From Aulosira sp. ZfuVER01 (GTDB lineage: Bacteria; Cyanobacteriota; Cyanobacteriia; Cyanobacteriales; Nostocaceae): a stretch of 64,000 nucleotides of DNA. Position 1 is the first letter of the stretch. Every line of letters begins with the position of its first letter. Below the pieces are notes generated by a model. The model was not told where the DNA came from. It ran no database searches and worked only from the letters and a program-made list of their open reading frames with translations. The stretch covers positions 202,906 through 266,905 of the forward strand of contig JAVRCV020000041.1 in the NCBI GenBank assembly GCA_034530615.2, read 5' to 3'. The position numbers and the translations under genes were made by a program. Positions 50,425-60,289 of the stretch are shown here, piece by piece.

Positions 50425-51261
50425 ATGCCTCTCTACAAACTCGAAGATTTTGAACCTAACTACCGAGAAATATTTGGTGGTGATGATGTTAAATCCTTGG
50501 AACTCTACACTCAAGGAGGAGTGAGAGTTGGCTCAGTTGCCGATGCTTTAGTTGATGACAATGGACGTTTCCGCTATCTAGTAATTGACACAAACTTAAA
50601 TGGTGGTAATAAGAAAATATTACTACCTATTGGTCTGGCTCATATTAATTATGGTGAAAAGCGAGTATATGTAGATGGGTTGAGTAAAGAGCAGGTAGAA
50701 CGTTTACTTGAATATAGGGAAAACATTGCCGTTAATGAAGATTATGAAGAGAATGCCCGCAGTGTTTATCGTTCGCCCAACAGCCAATCAACCTCCACAC
50801 AGGGAACATTTAGTTACCAAGCACCGGAGTTATATGAATTGAATGCGCAAGATCAACAAACTATCAAATTATATGAAGAACGATTAATTGCTCATAAACA
50901 ACGGGTTAAAGCCGGAGAAGTTACAGTTGGTAAGCACATTGAAACAGAAACTGCGCAAGTTTCTGTACCTTTGGAAAAAGAGCGTGTTGTAATTGAAAGG
51001 GTAACTCCGACCTCAGAAACTGTAATAAATCCACAAGAAGTACAGTTCCAAGAAGGTGAAGTAGCTCGCATAGAAGTTTACGAAGAAACACCTGAGATTC
51101 GCAAAGAAACTGTTGTGCGTGAAGAAGTCCGAGTTAGGAAAGTAGTAGATACAGATACTGTTTCAGCAGAAGAAATAGTACGGCGGGAAGAGTTAGCTAT
51201 TGATACTTCAGGTAATTTGGATGTGAACGAAACAAATCCGCCTAGAGATACAGCTATTTAA
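50425..51261 (+). CDS. PRC-barrel + DUF2382 (YsnF/AvaK) protein
   Basis: GRFRYLVID, LLPIG, KLYEERL, EEVRVRK, RREEL. Confidence 0.88.
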   Translation: MPLYKLEDFEPNYREIFGGDDVKSLELYTQGGVRVGSVADALVDDNGRFRYLVIDTNLNGGNKKILLPIGLAHINYGEKRVYVDGLSKEQVERLLEYRENIAVNEDYEENARSVYRSPNSQSTSTQGTFSYQAPELYELNAQDQQTIKLYEERLIAHKQRVKAGEVTVGKHIETETAQVSVPLEKERVVIERVTPTSETVINPQEVQFQEGEVARIEVYEETPEIRKETVVREEVRVRKVVDTDTVSAEEIVRREELAIDTSGNLDVNETNPPRDTAI

Positions 51262-51356
51262 TTAGCTAAACTAGGATTTGATAATTTAGGCGATCGCTGT
51301 TAAATAATATCTGTGAGTATTCAAGGGTATCTGTTCTCAATTATCGTAGTTATAGT

Positions 51357-51387
51357 GCAGGCAAAGTAGATTATTATCTTTGCCTGC
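51357..51387 (+). terminator. Putative terminator
   Basis: GCAGGCAAAG / CTTTGCCTGC 10-bp stem. Confidence 0.5.
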
Positions 51388-51561
51388 TTATTGGTGTTTT
51401 AAATAAAAAATCACTAAATAATCAAGAGAAAATTATTAAAATAACACGTCTATTTCTTAAGATAAAATTTAATTCAGTCGTGAGAAAGATGAAAATAAAT
51501 CCACAAAATTCTAGTTTAGTTAATAGCGAATGAAAGTTAAAAATTTGAGGGGAAAAAATAT

Positions 51562-52440
51562 ATGGCACTTTACAAACTACAAGATTTTGATCCCAACTAC
51601 CACGATACTTTTCAGGGTGATGACATTAAAGGTCTTGGTGTTTATGCAGATGGTACCGATGAAAAAATTGGCAGCGTCAGCGATGTTTTAGTAGATGATG
51701 AAGGGCATTTCCGTTATCTAATCGTTGACTTAGGCTTCTGGATTTTTGGTAAAAAAGTATTGTTACCTATTGGACGCGCTCGAATTGACTATAACGTTGA
51801 CCGCGTCTACGCAATTGGCATGACCAGGCAGCAAGCTGAAGAGTTACCTGAGTTCAACGAACGCTCAACAATGGATTACGACTATGAGGAACGAGTACGT
51901 GGCGTATATCGCCGTCCTCTAGATGCAACATCTACTGTAGATACAACAGCATCTCTAGATGCAAACTATCAGCCATTAACAACACCAACTTATAACCGCG
52001 ATACATACACCTACGACAACGAGCCTGCTTTGTACAACATCAATGAGCGTGATAATCAAACTCTGAAATTGTATGAAGAAAGGCTAATTGCTAACAAAAG
52101 ACGGCAAAAAGCTGGCGAAGTTGCAATTGGTAAGCGCGTAGAAACCGAGACTGCAAGTGTAGAAGTTCCTTTGGAAAAGGAACGTGTGGTTATTGAGCGT
52201 GTAACACCAACAGATGCTGGTCGTCCTGTGGCGGCTGGCGAAGCTAATTTCCGCGAAGGTGAAGTAGCTCGCATGGAAATCTATGAAGAAACTCCTGACA
52301 TTCGCAAAGAAGCAGTTGTGCGTGAAGAAGTCAGAGTTAAAAAAGTAGTAGAGCAAGAAACTTCTGAAGCTCAAGCAACTGTGCGTCGTGAAGAACTAGA
52401 TGTAGATACTACTGGCGGACTACCAATTGAAGAACGCTAA
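51562..52440 (+). CDS. PRC-barrel + DUF2382 protein (paralog)
   Basis: FRYLIVDLGFWIFGKKVLLPIG, KLYEERL, RREEL. Confidence 0.9.
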   Translation: MALYKLQDFDPNYHDTFQGDDIKGLGVYADGTDEKIGSVSDVLVDDEGHFRYLIVDLGFWIFGKKVLLPIGRARIDYNVDRVYAIGMTRQQAEELPEFNERSTMDYDYEERVRGVYRRPLDATSTVDTTASLDANYQPLTTPTYNRDTYTYDNEPALYNINERDNQTLKLYEERLIANKRRQKAGEVAIGKRVETETASVEVPLEKERVVIERVTPTDAGRPVAAGEANFREGEVARMEIYEETPDIRKEAVVREEVRVKKVVEQETSEAQATVRREELDVDTTGGLPIEER

Positions 52441-52482
52441 TCTATAAAGTTATTAGTGATCAACTAATAACTAGTTAGACAT

Positions 52483-52518
52483 AGTACAGGTAGAGCTTCA
52501 GATAGCTTTGCCTGTACT
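52483..52518 (+). terminator. Putative terminator
   Basis: AGTACAGGTAGAGC / GCTTTGCCTGTACT stem. Confidence 0.5.
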
Positions 52519-52656
52519 GAAAATTAATCATTAACATCAATTTATAATTTGATATTTTGCTTATTTAGCACTCTGATTAATTTTTTATTCTTTTCAATTA
52601 AGAGTAGCTAAAAGCGATAGTCAGCAGTTCCAAAAGCAGTTATTAAATTTTACCTT

Positions 52657-53514
52657 ATGAATAGCCAAACTTTAATCAGAAAGTCTGAGCTAGCAAATCC
52701 AGCAGATATTAATAAAAGGATTAGCAAACTGCTGGATAATTTGGGAAGCAAAGTGAGAAATTTTGCTGTGCTAGATAAAAAAGGACAATTGCTAGGTGAA
52801 GTCCAAGAGTTAATTTTAGATGCTGAAAATCGTCTAAACCTAGTTATATCCCAACTGCCAAATCAATATAGTGCCAAATCCAGTAGCAATAAGTTGTTAC
52901 GATTACGGAGTCAGAGAATTCAAAAAATTGACAATCCTACTCAATCGATTTTCGTAGATTTAGAAAAATCAGAAATAGAAAATATGCCTGAAAATTTAGA
53001 AATCCATCAACCAGGCGAGCAGATAACATCAGATAGCTCAACTGGAGAATTAATTAATAATCAAAATACAAATGTAGTAGAGGTTGGGGAAGAAAATATT
53101 ATTAAGCTGTTAGAAGAAAGATTAGTTGTTAATAGTAGTAAACGTAAAGTTGGCGATGTCATTGTTCGCAAAGAAATTGAAACTCGGATGGTGCAAGTTC
53201 CCGTCCGGCGTGAGAAATTGATTGTAGAACAAGTCAGCCCCGAACACAAACAGCTAGCAGAAATTGATTTAGGACAAGAGGAAATAGTTGGTATTGATTT
53301 GACTGAAAAAGAAATACCCGAAGTTGTAGGGCTTAACAATGGTTTAACTGTCAGTGGCTTGTTTACATCTCCTAAAATTGCTAGCCTACTTTTGAATGCG
53401 ATCGCTCTTGAGAAAAAACAAGGTTGTCAGCAGGTAAGAGTCTCAATTGTCGTTGACAATGAGGAATATCGTCAGAAATATCAAGAGTGGTTTGACCGCT
53501 GTTCTCAAGGTTAA
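52657..53514 (+). CDS. DUF2382-domain protein with divergent PRC-barrel
   Basis: IKLLEERLVV, VRKEIETRMVQVPVRREKLIVE. Confidence 0.85.
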   Translation: MNSQTLIRKSELANPADINKRISKLLDNLGSKVRNFAVLDKKGQLLGEVQELILDAENRLNLVISQLPNQYSAKSSSNKLLRLRSQRIQKIDNPTQSIFVDLEKSEIENMPENLEIHQPGEQITSDSSTGELINNQNTNVVEVGEENIIKLLEERLVVNSSKRKVGDVIVRKEIETRMVQVPVRREKLIVEQVSPEHKQLAEIDLGQEEIVGIDLTEKEIPEVVGLNNGLTVSGLFTSPKIASLLLNAIALEKKQGCQQVRVSIVVDNEEYRQKYQEWFDRCSQG

Positions 53515-53556
53515 CCACTAAAATCTTAAAAATTAGCTTTTATTTAGTCAGCTAGT

Positions 53557-53588
53557 ATTAGGGTGAGCATTGCTCATCCTAATTTTTT
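53557..53588 (+). terminator. Intrinsic terminator
   Basis: ATTAGGGTGAGCA-T-TGCTCATCCTAAT plus T-run. Confidence 0.55.
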
Positions 53589-53647
53589 ATTATAAGCCTA
53601 CCAAACCTAGTTATATTAACGGACAGCAGTTCTTTTAGCTACTCCCA

Positions 53648-54571
53648 ATGAGATTTCGATTGCAGAAACTTTTTCGGAAGCACAAGGCGCATCGGCTCCA
53701 GCGAGTTTATATCAAAGTCAGGGACGGACAATTCCATATTGTGGGCTTGGGTGCTTGGTATTCTTACTGGCGCGACCCTTATCATCTGCTGCTGACAATT
53801 CCCTGGACTGGCTTCTTATTCCTAATTGCTGTTGCCTATATAGCTACTAATGCCGTATTTGCCTTAGCTTACCTGGCAGGAGGAAACTGTATTGAAAATG
53901 CTCGACCTGGCTCTTTTTTAGATGTCTTCTTTTTTAGCGTGCAAACCCTGGCATCTATCGGCTACGGCGCGATGTATCCCAAGACAACTTACGCCAATAC
54001 AATTGTCACGATTGAAGCAATGGCAGGTTTGATGGGAATTGCCGTCATGACAGGACTGGCGTTTGCTCGATTCTCCCGTCCGACTGCGCGGGTGCTTTTT
54101 AGCCGTGTTGCTGTAATTACACCCCATGATGGCGAGCCAACTCTCATGTTCCGCACAGCTAATCAGCGTCGCAACTTGATTCTCGAAGCACAAATGCGAG
54201 TGTACATGATGCGGGATGAAATGACTGTAGAGGGGGATTACATCCGTCGGATTTACGACCTGAAACTGCGCCGGAATCAGTCACCTAGCTTTACATTAAC
54301 TTGGTTAGCAATGCATACCATTGATGAGTATAGTCCTCTGTTTGGGATGACCACAGAATCTTTAGTTCAGACAAATACTACTCTTGTAGTTTCGGTAAGT
54401 GGTATTGATGAAACAGTGGCACAAGTTGTTCATGCGCGTCATACCTACGGTGCTACTGACATTCTCTGGAATTATCAATTTGTGAATATCATGCACGACA
54501 CTGAAGATGGACATCGCTACATTGATTTTCAAGGCTTTCACGATGTATTATCTCTAGATGAACTGAGTTGA
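53648..54571 (+). CDS. Inward-rectifier K+ channel (KirBac)
   Basis: FFFSVQTLASIGYG filter, FARFSRP, LMFRTANQRRN. Confidence 0.92.
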   Translation: MRFRLQKLFRKHKAHRLQRVYIKVRDGQFHIVGLGAWYSYWRDPYHLLLTIPWTGFLFLIAVAYIATNAVFALAYLAGGNCIENARPGSFLDVFFFSVQTLASIGYGAMYPKTTYANTIVTIEAMAGLMGIAVMTGLAFARFSRPTARVLFSRVAVITPHDGEPTLMFRTANQRRNLILEAQMRVYMMRDEMTVEGDYIRRIYDLKLRRNQSPSFTLTWLAMHTIDEYSPLFGMTTESLVQTNTTLVVSVSGIDETVAQVVHARHTYGATDILWNYQFVNIMHDTEDGHRYIDFQGFHDVLSLDELS

Positions 54572-54574
54572 AAG

Positions 54575-54760
54575 TTAATCAGAGGTTTTAGTGGGTAATG
54601 GTTTAACTACAACTCTACCATTTTCAACCACAGTACAATTTTTGACTACACTTTTGCTGTGGTTGTCTGGAACATCTTGGCACTGCTTGTGATGAGAGAT
54701 GTTTTGCTCCTGTTGTTGATTAAGGATAACAGCACAACAAGGACATGGTGTTGACGACAT
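54575..54760 (-). CDS. Possible small Cys/His-containing protein
   Basis: 61-aa ORF with CPCC, ending convergent with the KirBac gene; no clear RBS. Confidence 0.35.
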   Translation of the reverse strand: MSSTPCPCCAVILNQQQEQNISHHKQCQDVPDNHSKSVVKNCTVVENGRVVVKPLPTKTSD

Positions 54761-54838
54761 ATAAAGTACTTTGATCTCTAATATTAATTATCGCGCTACT
54801 AATAGCATTCGGCTGAAAAATTTGCTAATGCGATAAAC

Positions 54839-55120
54839 TAAGTAACCACGAAAAATTAATTACAGTCATTGCGAGCGTAAAGCCTACGGCATAGCTTCGC
54901 TTAGCGCTGAAAGCGTTCCCGCAGGGTAGGGTAGCAATCCCAACCCCTGCGATTGCTACCCTACCCTTAGGGAACGACTTCGTCGAACGGGAAGCCGCTG
55001 CGCGTCTACATTTCGCTTCGCTCCATACCCTTCGGGAACGTCTACTCTTCGAGAACGACTTCGTCGAACGACGAACGCAATGACATTGTGTAATTGTAAT
55101 TAATTATGTTTAACTACTTA
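54839..55120. mobile_element. Nested MITE / palindrome / SDR stack
   Basis: Outer IR TAAGTA...AATTAATTACA / TGTAATTAATT...TACTTA; inner GTCATTGCG (54865)...CGCAATGAC (55084); internal GAACGACTTCGTCGAACG twice. Confidence 0.7.
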
Positions 55121-55130
55121 CCAGACAGCC

Positions 55131-57275
55131 TCAAGGAGTCAAAAAATCTAAATGTTCTCCAGGTAGCAACGCTAATTCCTCTGGGCTACCTTGCATTTTT
55201 AACTGCCCTTTATCCAATAGCACCGCACAATCTACACGTAGAATCACTCTTGGGCGATGGCTAATGATAATTGTAGTTTTGCCCTGGCGATAATATAAAA
55301 GTTTATCTAGAACTTGTGCTTCTAATACTGGGTCTAATGCACTGGTAGATTCATCTAAAATTAATATCGCTGGATTTGTCACAATCGCTCTAGCTAAAGC
55401 TAATCTCTGTTTTTGTCCACCTGAGATGTTGACACCAAATTCTCCTAATACGGTTTGATAATTATCTGGTAATTCATTAATGAATTCATCAGCACCCGCA
55501 ATTTGACAGGCCTTGACAATTTGCTCAAATGTGGCATAAGGATAGCTGAAGCGAAAGTTATCTAAAATTGAACGACTCCAAAAATGGGCATCTTGGGGGA
55601 CTAATATTACCTGCTGTCGTCTACATTCTAAAGATAAATCTTTTTGATTATAAATACCAAAACGAATATTCCCAGATTGCAGAGGATATAAACCAGCTAT
55701 CAGTTTTGCTAAAGTGCTTTTACCGCAGCCAGATTTACCAATTAATGCTGTAACTTTCCCACCTGGAATAGTTAGGGAAAAGTCCTGTAATAAATCTGCT
55801 CTACCGCTATGGTGAAAGTTGAGATTGTTGCAAATGATATCACTATCACCAGGAATTTTTACCCAAGCTTTTCCCTGTTCATTTTGGTCTTCTGGAGTGC
55901 TGTCGATAACTTCTGTGATGCGTTGCGTTGCTGTTTGGGCACGAGCAAATCCATCTATAAACTCAATAACTGTAGCAATTAATATATTAAAGTTACTATT
56001 CATAGTATTAAATGCTAGCAGTTGACCGATACTTAATTCCTTACTAATTACCAGACTGCTACCAAACCACAGTATGGCAAGATTGCCAATACCGGAAACT
56101 AAGCCAGAAAATACACTGTTAATAATGCCAATTTGCACAGTACGAAATGTTAGATTAGCCAACCTACCAAAACGGCTTTGGATTTCTTCCCATGCTTGAG
56201 GTGCAGCATTTGCCGTTTTCAAAGTAATTGCACCTTTGAAAGTTTCGACTAATATGCCTTGATTCTCAGCTTCTATCACCAGGAGATCGCGAATTTTTCG
56301 GCGCAGAGTTGGTAAGAAAATTACTGTAGAAAGAGTCATTAATAAGGCAATAGCTATACCAAGTGTAGTTAGTTTAGGACTATAAAACAGCATAAATCCC
56401 AAAGAAACTATGGCAATAAATGTCTGACTTGGAAGCCGGATCACAACTTGAGAAATAAGCTGATTAATTTCTTGAATATCTCGCAGACGGCTGATGATTT
56501 CCCCACTGCGGCGGGCTTCATAGTAAGTGAGGGGAAGACGAAGAATTTGTTTGCCAAATTCTAAGGTTAGTCCTAATTCTAATTTTTGGGCAAAATGAGC
56601 AATGAGATTGGATTGTACCAACTTTATGGTACTACCGAAAAAATTCATTGCTACTACACCAATAGCCACTGTAGTGAGTAGAGAAGTATCACCTCGTACT
56701 AATACATCATCTGTGAGAATTTGAATTAAAAAAGGAGACGCGAGGGAGAGGATTCCCATCACCAGATTGAGGAGAATCGCTTCAGTTAAAATGTGGCGAT
56801 AGGGTATTACACGCGCTAAAAACCGACTCAATCCGCCAATGTTTTGAGACTCTTGCTGATAAAAGCGAGTTTCATCTGGTATTAGTAGCAGCATAATGCG
56901 ATTTGCCCAACCTGCAATTAATTCCTCATGATTTAGGTAGCGAATACCAAAAGCAGGATCACCAATCACATATTTTTTCCCCTTTTGTCCATATAAAATC
57001 GCCCAGTGATAACCTTTCCAGTGAATGATGGCAGGGAGAGGTGCTTCATGAAGTTTATCAATTAATTCTGGAGTTGCTCTCACTTGACGGGCGTTAAATC
57101 CAAGGCTTTCTGCACCACGTCTCAATCCTACAAGAGTCGTACCTAATTGTCCTGTACCAACGGCTTCTCGAACACGAGTAATAGCAAAGGTGCGTCCATA
57201 ATGTTTCGCAATAGTAGCAATGCAAGCTGCACCACAGTCTTCTTCGCTGTGTTGCAGAATAATCTCATATTTCAT
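55131..57275 (-). CDS. Peptidase C39-containing ABC transporter (PCAT)
   Basis: QHSEEDCGAAC, HWKGYHW, TMD, GKSGCGKS, ISGGQ, ILILDE. Confidence 0.95.
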   Translation of the reverse strand: MKYEIILQHSEEDCGAACIATIAKHYGRTFAITRVREAVGTGQLGTTLVGLRRGAESLGFNARQVRATPELIDKLHEAPLPAIIHWKGYHWAILYGQKGKKYVIGDPAFGIRYLNHEELIAGWANRIMLLLIPDETRFYQQESQNIGGLSRFLARVIPYRHILTEAILLNLVMGILSLASPFLIQILTDDVLVRGDTSLLTTVAIGVVAMNFFGSTIKLVQSNLIAHFAQKLELGLTLEFGKQILRLPLTYYEARRSGEIISRLRDIQEINQLISQVVIRLPSQTFIAIVSLGFMLFYSPKLTTLGIAIALLMTLSTVIFLPTLRRKIRDLLVIEAENQGILVETFKGAITLKTANAAPQAWEEIQSRFGRLANLTFRTVQIGIINSVFSGLVSGIGNLAILWFGSSLVISKELSIGQLLAFNTMNSNFNILIATVIEFIDGFARAQTATQRITEVIDSTPEDQNEQGKAWVKIPGDSDIICNNLNFHHSGRADLLQDFSLTIPGGKVTALIGKSGCGKSTLAKLIAGLYPLQSGNIRFGIYNQKDLSLECRRQQVILVPQDAHFWSRSILDNFRFSYPYATFEQIVKACQIAGADEFINELPDNYQTVLGEFGVNISGGQKQRLALARAIVTNPAILILDESTSALDPVLEAQVLDKLLYYRQGKTTIIISHRPRVILRVDCAVLLDKGQLKMQGSPEELALLPGEHLDFLTP

Positions 57276-57352
57276 TTAGTAAAACAATAAAAGCGTAAAA
57301 CAAATTATTTGTAAATGGGAATTATAGTAAGAAAAGTTGAAATGAAAATAGC

Positions 57353-57382
57353 CAGCAATTGCTATTAAATTAGCAATTGCTG
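57353..57382 (-). terminator. Stem-loop between precursor and transporter genes
   Basis: Perfect 12-bp IR CAGCAATTGCTA / TAGCAATTGCTG. Confidence 0.55.
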
Positions 57383-57396
57383 ATTGCGATAAATGT

Positions 57397-57678
57397 TTAG
57401 CTGATAATTGCAGTCACAAAGTTTTCTACTTCTTGCTTAGTGACTACGATGCCTAACTTACCGATCGCACCATTATTTATTGCAACGTTATACACTATGT
57501 CTACAGTTTTCGCGAAATCAAAGTTAGGATTTTTGTCATAATTGTTCCGTACTATACTTTCAAATTTGCTTAGAACATCAGGAATTGTTGGTGCTGCTCC
57601 ACCTGTAATTGCTTCGCCTTGAATATCAGTAATTTCTTCCCAAGCTTGATTGTTGAGAGCTACTTCTTGATTAAACAT
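57397..57678 (-). CDS. Double-glycine-leader peptide precursor (bacteriocin-like), 93 aa
   Basis: Leader ending EEITDIQGEAITGG; GAGGGGA RBS; lies between PCAT and HlyD genes. Confidence 0.8.
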   Translation of the reverse strand: MFNQEVALNNQAWEEITDIQGEAITGGAAPTIPDVLSKFESIVRNNYDKNPNFDFAKTVDIVYNVAINNGAIGKLGIVVTKQEVENFVTAIIS

Positions 57679-58009
57679 TTTGATTCCCCTCTGCAAAGAA
57701 AACTAAACAAGACAAAATACGCAGAAATAACAAAAAAACACAAAAATTGTAGGGTTTTGTACGCTTTTTCGCTATGCCAGCAATCCTCTCATAAGAGAAT
57801 AAATTTATAAATCTGCAATGTGCAACTTAATATTCTGTCTACAAATCCCACATATTTTTAGATAAAATCTGTTCAATATGGAGTTTCCAATTAAAAAATA
57901 TTGAGATGAATTTTATAGCTTGATTTTAGCTGTATAATCTGTTTTTGTCTGATATTATCAGAGTTTGTTATCAAGTATAAAGAAATTTATATTTACATAT
58001 AAAATAGTA

Positions 58010-59548
58010 ATGTCCGAAGTAAATTTACCTTCTATTCCTAATGCCAAAACTGAGGAAGTAACTAATCCAGACTTTCTTCACCCTGTTAGCCCAAATGAAT
58101 TTTTACCTCCTATTAGTCGCTGGACAAGTATTGGAGGAATAGTTCTGCTCAGTATATTTGGTACATCTATGATTTTGACAAGTATTCTGAAATACAATGT
58201 CATTATCAAAGCCTCTGCAACTATTCGTCCGACTGGGGAATTACGCTTAGTGCAAGCAGCAACAGAAGGAACAATCAAACGCATTTTTGTACAAGAAAAT
58301 CAGGTAATTAAAAAAGGGGATATCATTGCTTATGTTGATGATTCTCGCCTGAAGACGCAAAAGAACCTACTGCAAACCAATATCCAGCAAGCTTCACTGC
58401 AACTATCTCAAGTTAATTTGCAAATTCGCGCTTTAGATCAGCAGATAGCCGCAGAAAGCGATCGCACTAACCGCACTCTAGCCGCAGCAAAAGCTGAACT
58501 CAACCACAGTCAACGGGATATCAAAGACAAGCAAATCACATCGCTTGCCCAAGTCAAAGAAGCTGAAGCTAATTTAAGCCAAGCACAGAAGGAATTACAA
58601 AAAAACCAGGCACAGTTAAAATCAGCCCAGGCGAATTTCAAGTCTAGTGTGGCGGCTGTCAAGGCTGCAAAGGCGAAGCGAGATAGATATGAACCATTAA
58701 CAAAAGTTGGTTCGATTTCTCAGGATCAATTTCAAGAAGTGCAACTAGCAGTTGAACAGCAAGAACAACTTTTAGTCTCGCAAAAAGCTAATGTTGAAGA
58801 ACATATCGCAGCGGTTAAACAACAACAACAAGCCATAGCCGCAGCCGCAGCCAGAGTGCAAGCCGCAAAGTCTACTCTTAATCCTAGTGATGCGATTGTA
58901 GCGATATCTCAGGAGAAACTTGCGGCAGAAAGTGCTACAGGGAAAGTCAGCCTAGCTAAATTAAATCAAGAGCGATCGCAACTACTTCAGCAAAAAGTCG
59001 AAATTCACAAGCAACTCAGCCGCGATCGGCAAGAAATGCAACAAGTTGAGCGAGAAATCGCAGCTACTGTGATTCGCGCCTCGGCATCAGGTATTATCCA
59101 AGAACTCAATCTGCGTAATACTTCACAAGTAATACATACTGGCGATCTGGTTGCGCAAATTGCTCCCAACGATTCACCTTTAATAATTAAAGCATTGGTA
59201 GCACCTGGAGATATTAGTAAGGTAGAAAAAGGTCAAGCTGTACAACTGAGAGTTTCAAGTTGTTCCTATGCAGACTATGGCACTCTCAAAGGTAAAGTGA
59301 GCGCTATTTCTCCAGATGCGATGTCTACGACGGGCTACACCTACGCACCTCAAGCGAAATCTGCCGATACTGCTGAAAGAAGTGCCACCTATGAAGTAAC
59401 TATCCAACCAGATAGCTTGGTGTTAACTGCGGGAAGTCGCCGCTGTGCTATCCAATCGGGCATGGAAGCTAGAGCAGATATTATTTCTTCTGAAGAAACA
59501 GTGTTAAAGTTTCTCCTGAGAAAAGCAAGGCTACTGACAGATTTGTGA
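58010..59548 (+). CDS. HlyD-family secretion adaptor
   Basis: EFLPPISRW, TM, long coiled coil, YGTLKGKV, GMEARADII, FLLRKARL. Confidence 0.92.
   Translation: MSEVNLPSIPNAKTEEVTNPDFLHPVSPNEFLPPISRWTSIGGIVLLSIFGTSMILTSILKYNVIIKASATIRPTGELRLVQAATEGTIKRIFVQENQVIKKGDIIAYVDDSRLKTQKNLLQTNIQQASLQLSQVNLQIRALDQQIAAESDRTNRTLAAAKAELNHSQRDIKDKQITSLAQVKEAEANLSQAQKELQKNQAQLKSAQANFKSSVAAVKAAKAKRDRYEPLTKVGSISQDQFQEVQLAVEQQEQLLVSQKANVEEHIAAVKQQQQAIAAAAARVQAAKSTLNPSDAIVAISQEKLAAESATGKVSLAKLNQERSQLLQQKVEIHKQLSRDRQEMQQVEREIAATVIRASASGIIQELNLRNTSQVIHTGDLVAQIAPNDSPLIIKALVAPGDISKVEKGQAVQLRVSSCSYADYGTLKGKVSAISPDAMSTTGYTYAPQAKSADTAERSATYEVTIQPDSLVLTAGSRRCAIQSGMEARADIISSEETVLKFLLRKARLLTDL
59318..59346. mobile_element. 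SDR5-like 21-nt insertion in a HIP1 site
   Basis: GCGAT-[GTCTACGACGGGCTACACCTA]-CGC; removing 21 nt restores GCGATCGC. Confidence 0.75.
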
Positions 59549-60289
59549 GCGTGCCTCTTGTTAAACTCAAGCTGTCATAGGCTGTAATCTGCCGCACATT
59601 TCATTTGCAGGTACAGCTTCCATCTTCTTAGCAAACATCGCGGTTCCTAATATTATTGACATTTTTTATCACCAAATTTAAAACTTAAAAAGTCGCCAAC
59701 TACTCCAAACTAATATCAGTTTTCATCTGTTATTTGTAAACTTTTATTTCCTTCCGGTAGTATTGTTCTGCTCCCCAACCACCGCTACTATGCATTCCTA
59801 TTCCCGGTTGTGCAAAAGACTCGTGGTACAGAAATAGACTGAGAGTTGCAACTATTGCGATCGCAAATCCGATTTGTCTCATCTTACCCTCCTACCAGGA
59901 TAACCGCCTTAAAAAAGGTTGGCATTCCTAATTTTCTTATAGACGAACTAAATGAGGAACTTGTGAGGAAGAGGCCTCATTTAGTAGAAAGTACAAATAA
60001 ACAGAACTAGATAATTAACAGTAAAGTTACTTAAAACTCTCTTCGCTTCTGCCGCTGCATATACTAATTACAAATATTTGTAAAAAAGTAGCGAAGAATA
60101 TTTGTTTTCAGGTTCTAGACTGAGAGTGGAACAAACTTCTTCTCGCCTAATGTGTGGAACTATGAAGTACTGCGGCGATCGCCAAAAAGAGGCAGAGATT
60201 TTGAATATAGCTGCCATAAATGCCAATAAATTGTAGCTTCCCTACTTTTACGCCTACTGAAAATAGTGCCGTTGTCATCGAGGAAAAAT

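Noticed and set aside
59550..60289. Long intergenic region as a hidden gene or immunity gene
   Set aside because: Frames examined are interrupted by stops, and no convincing RBS-ORF or structure was seen
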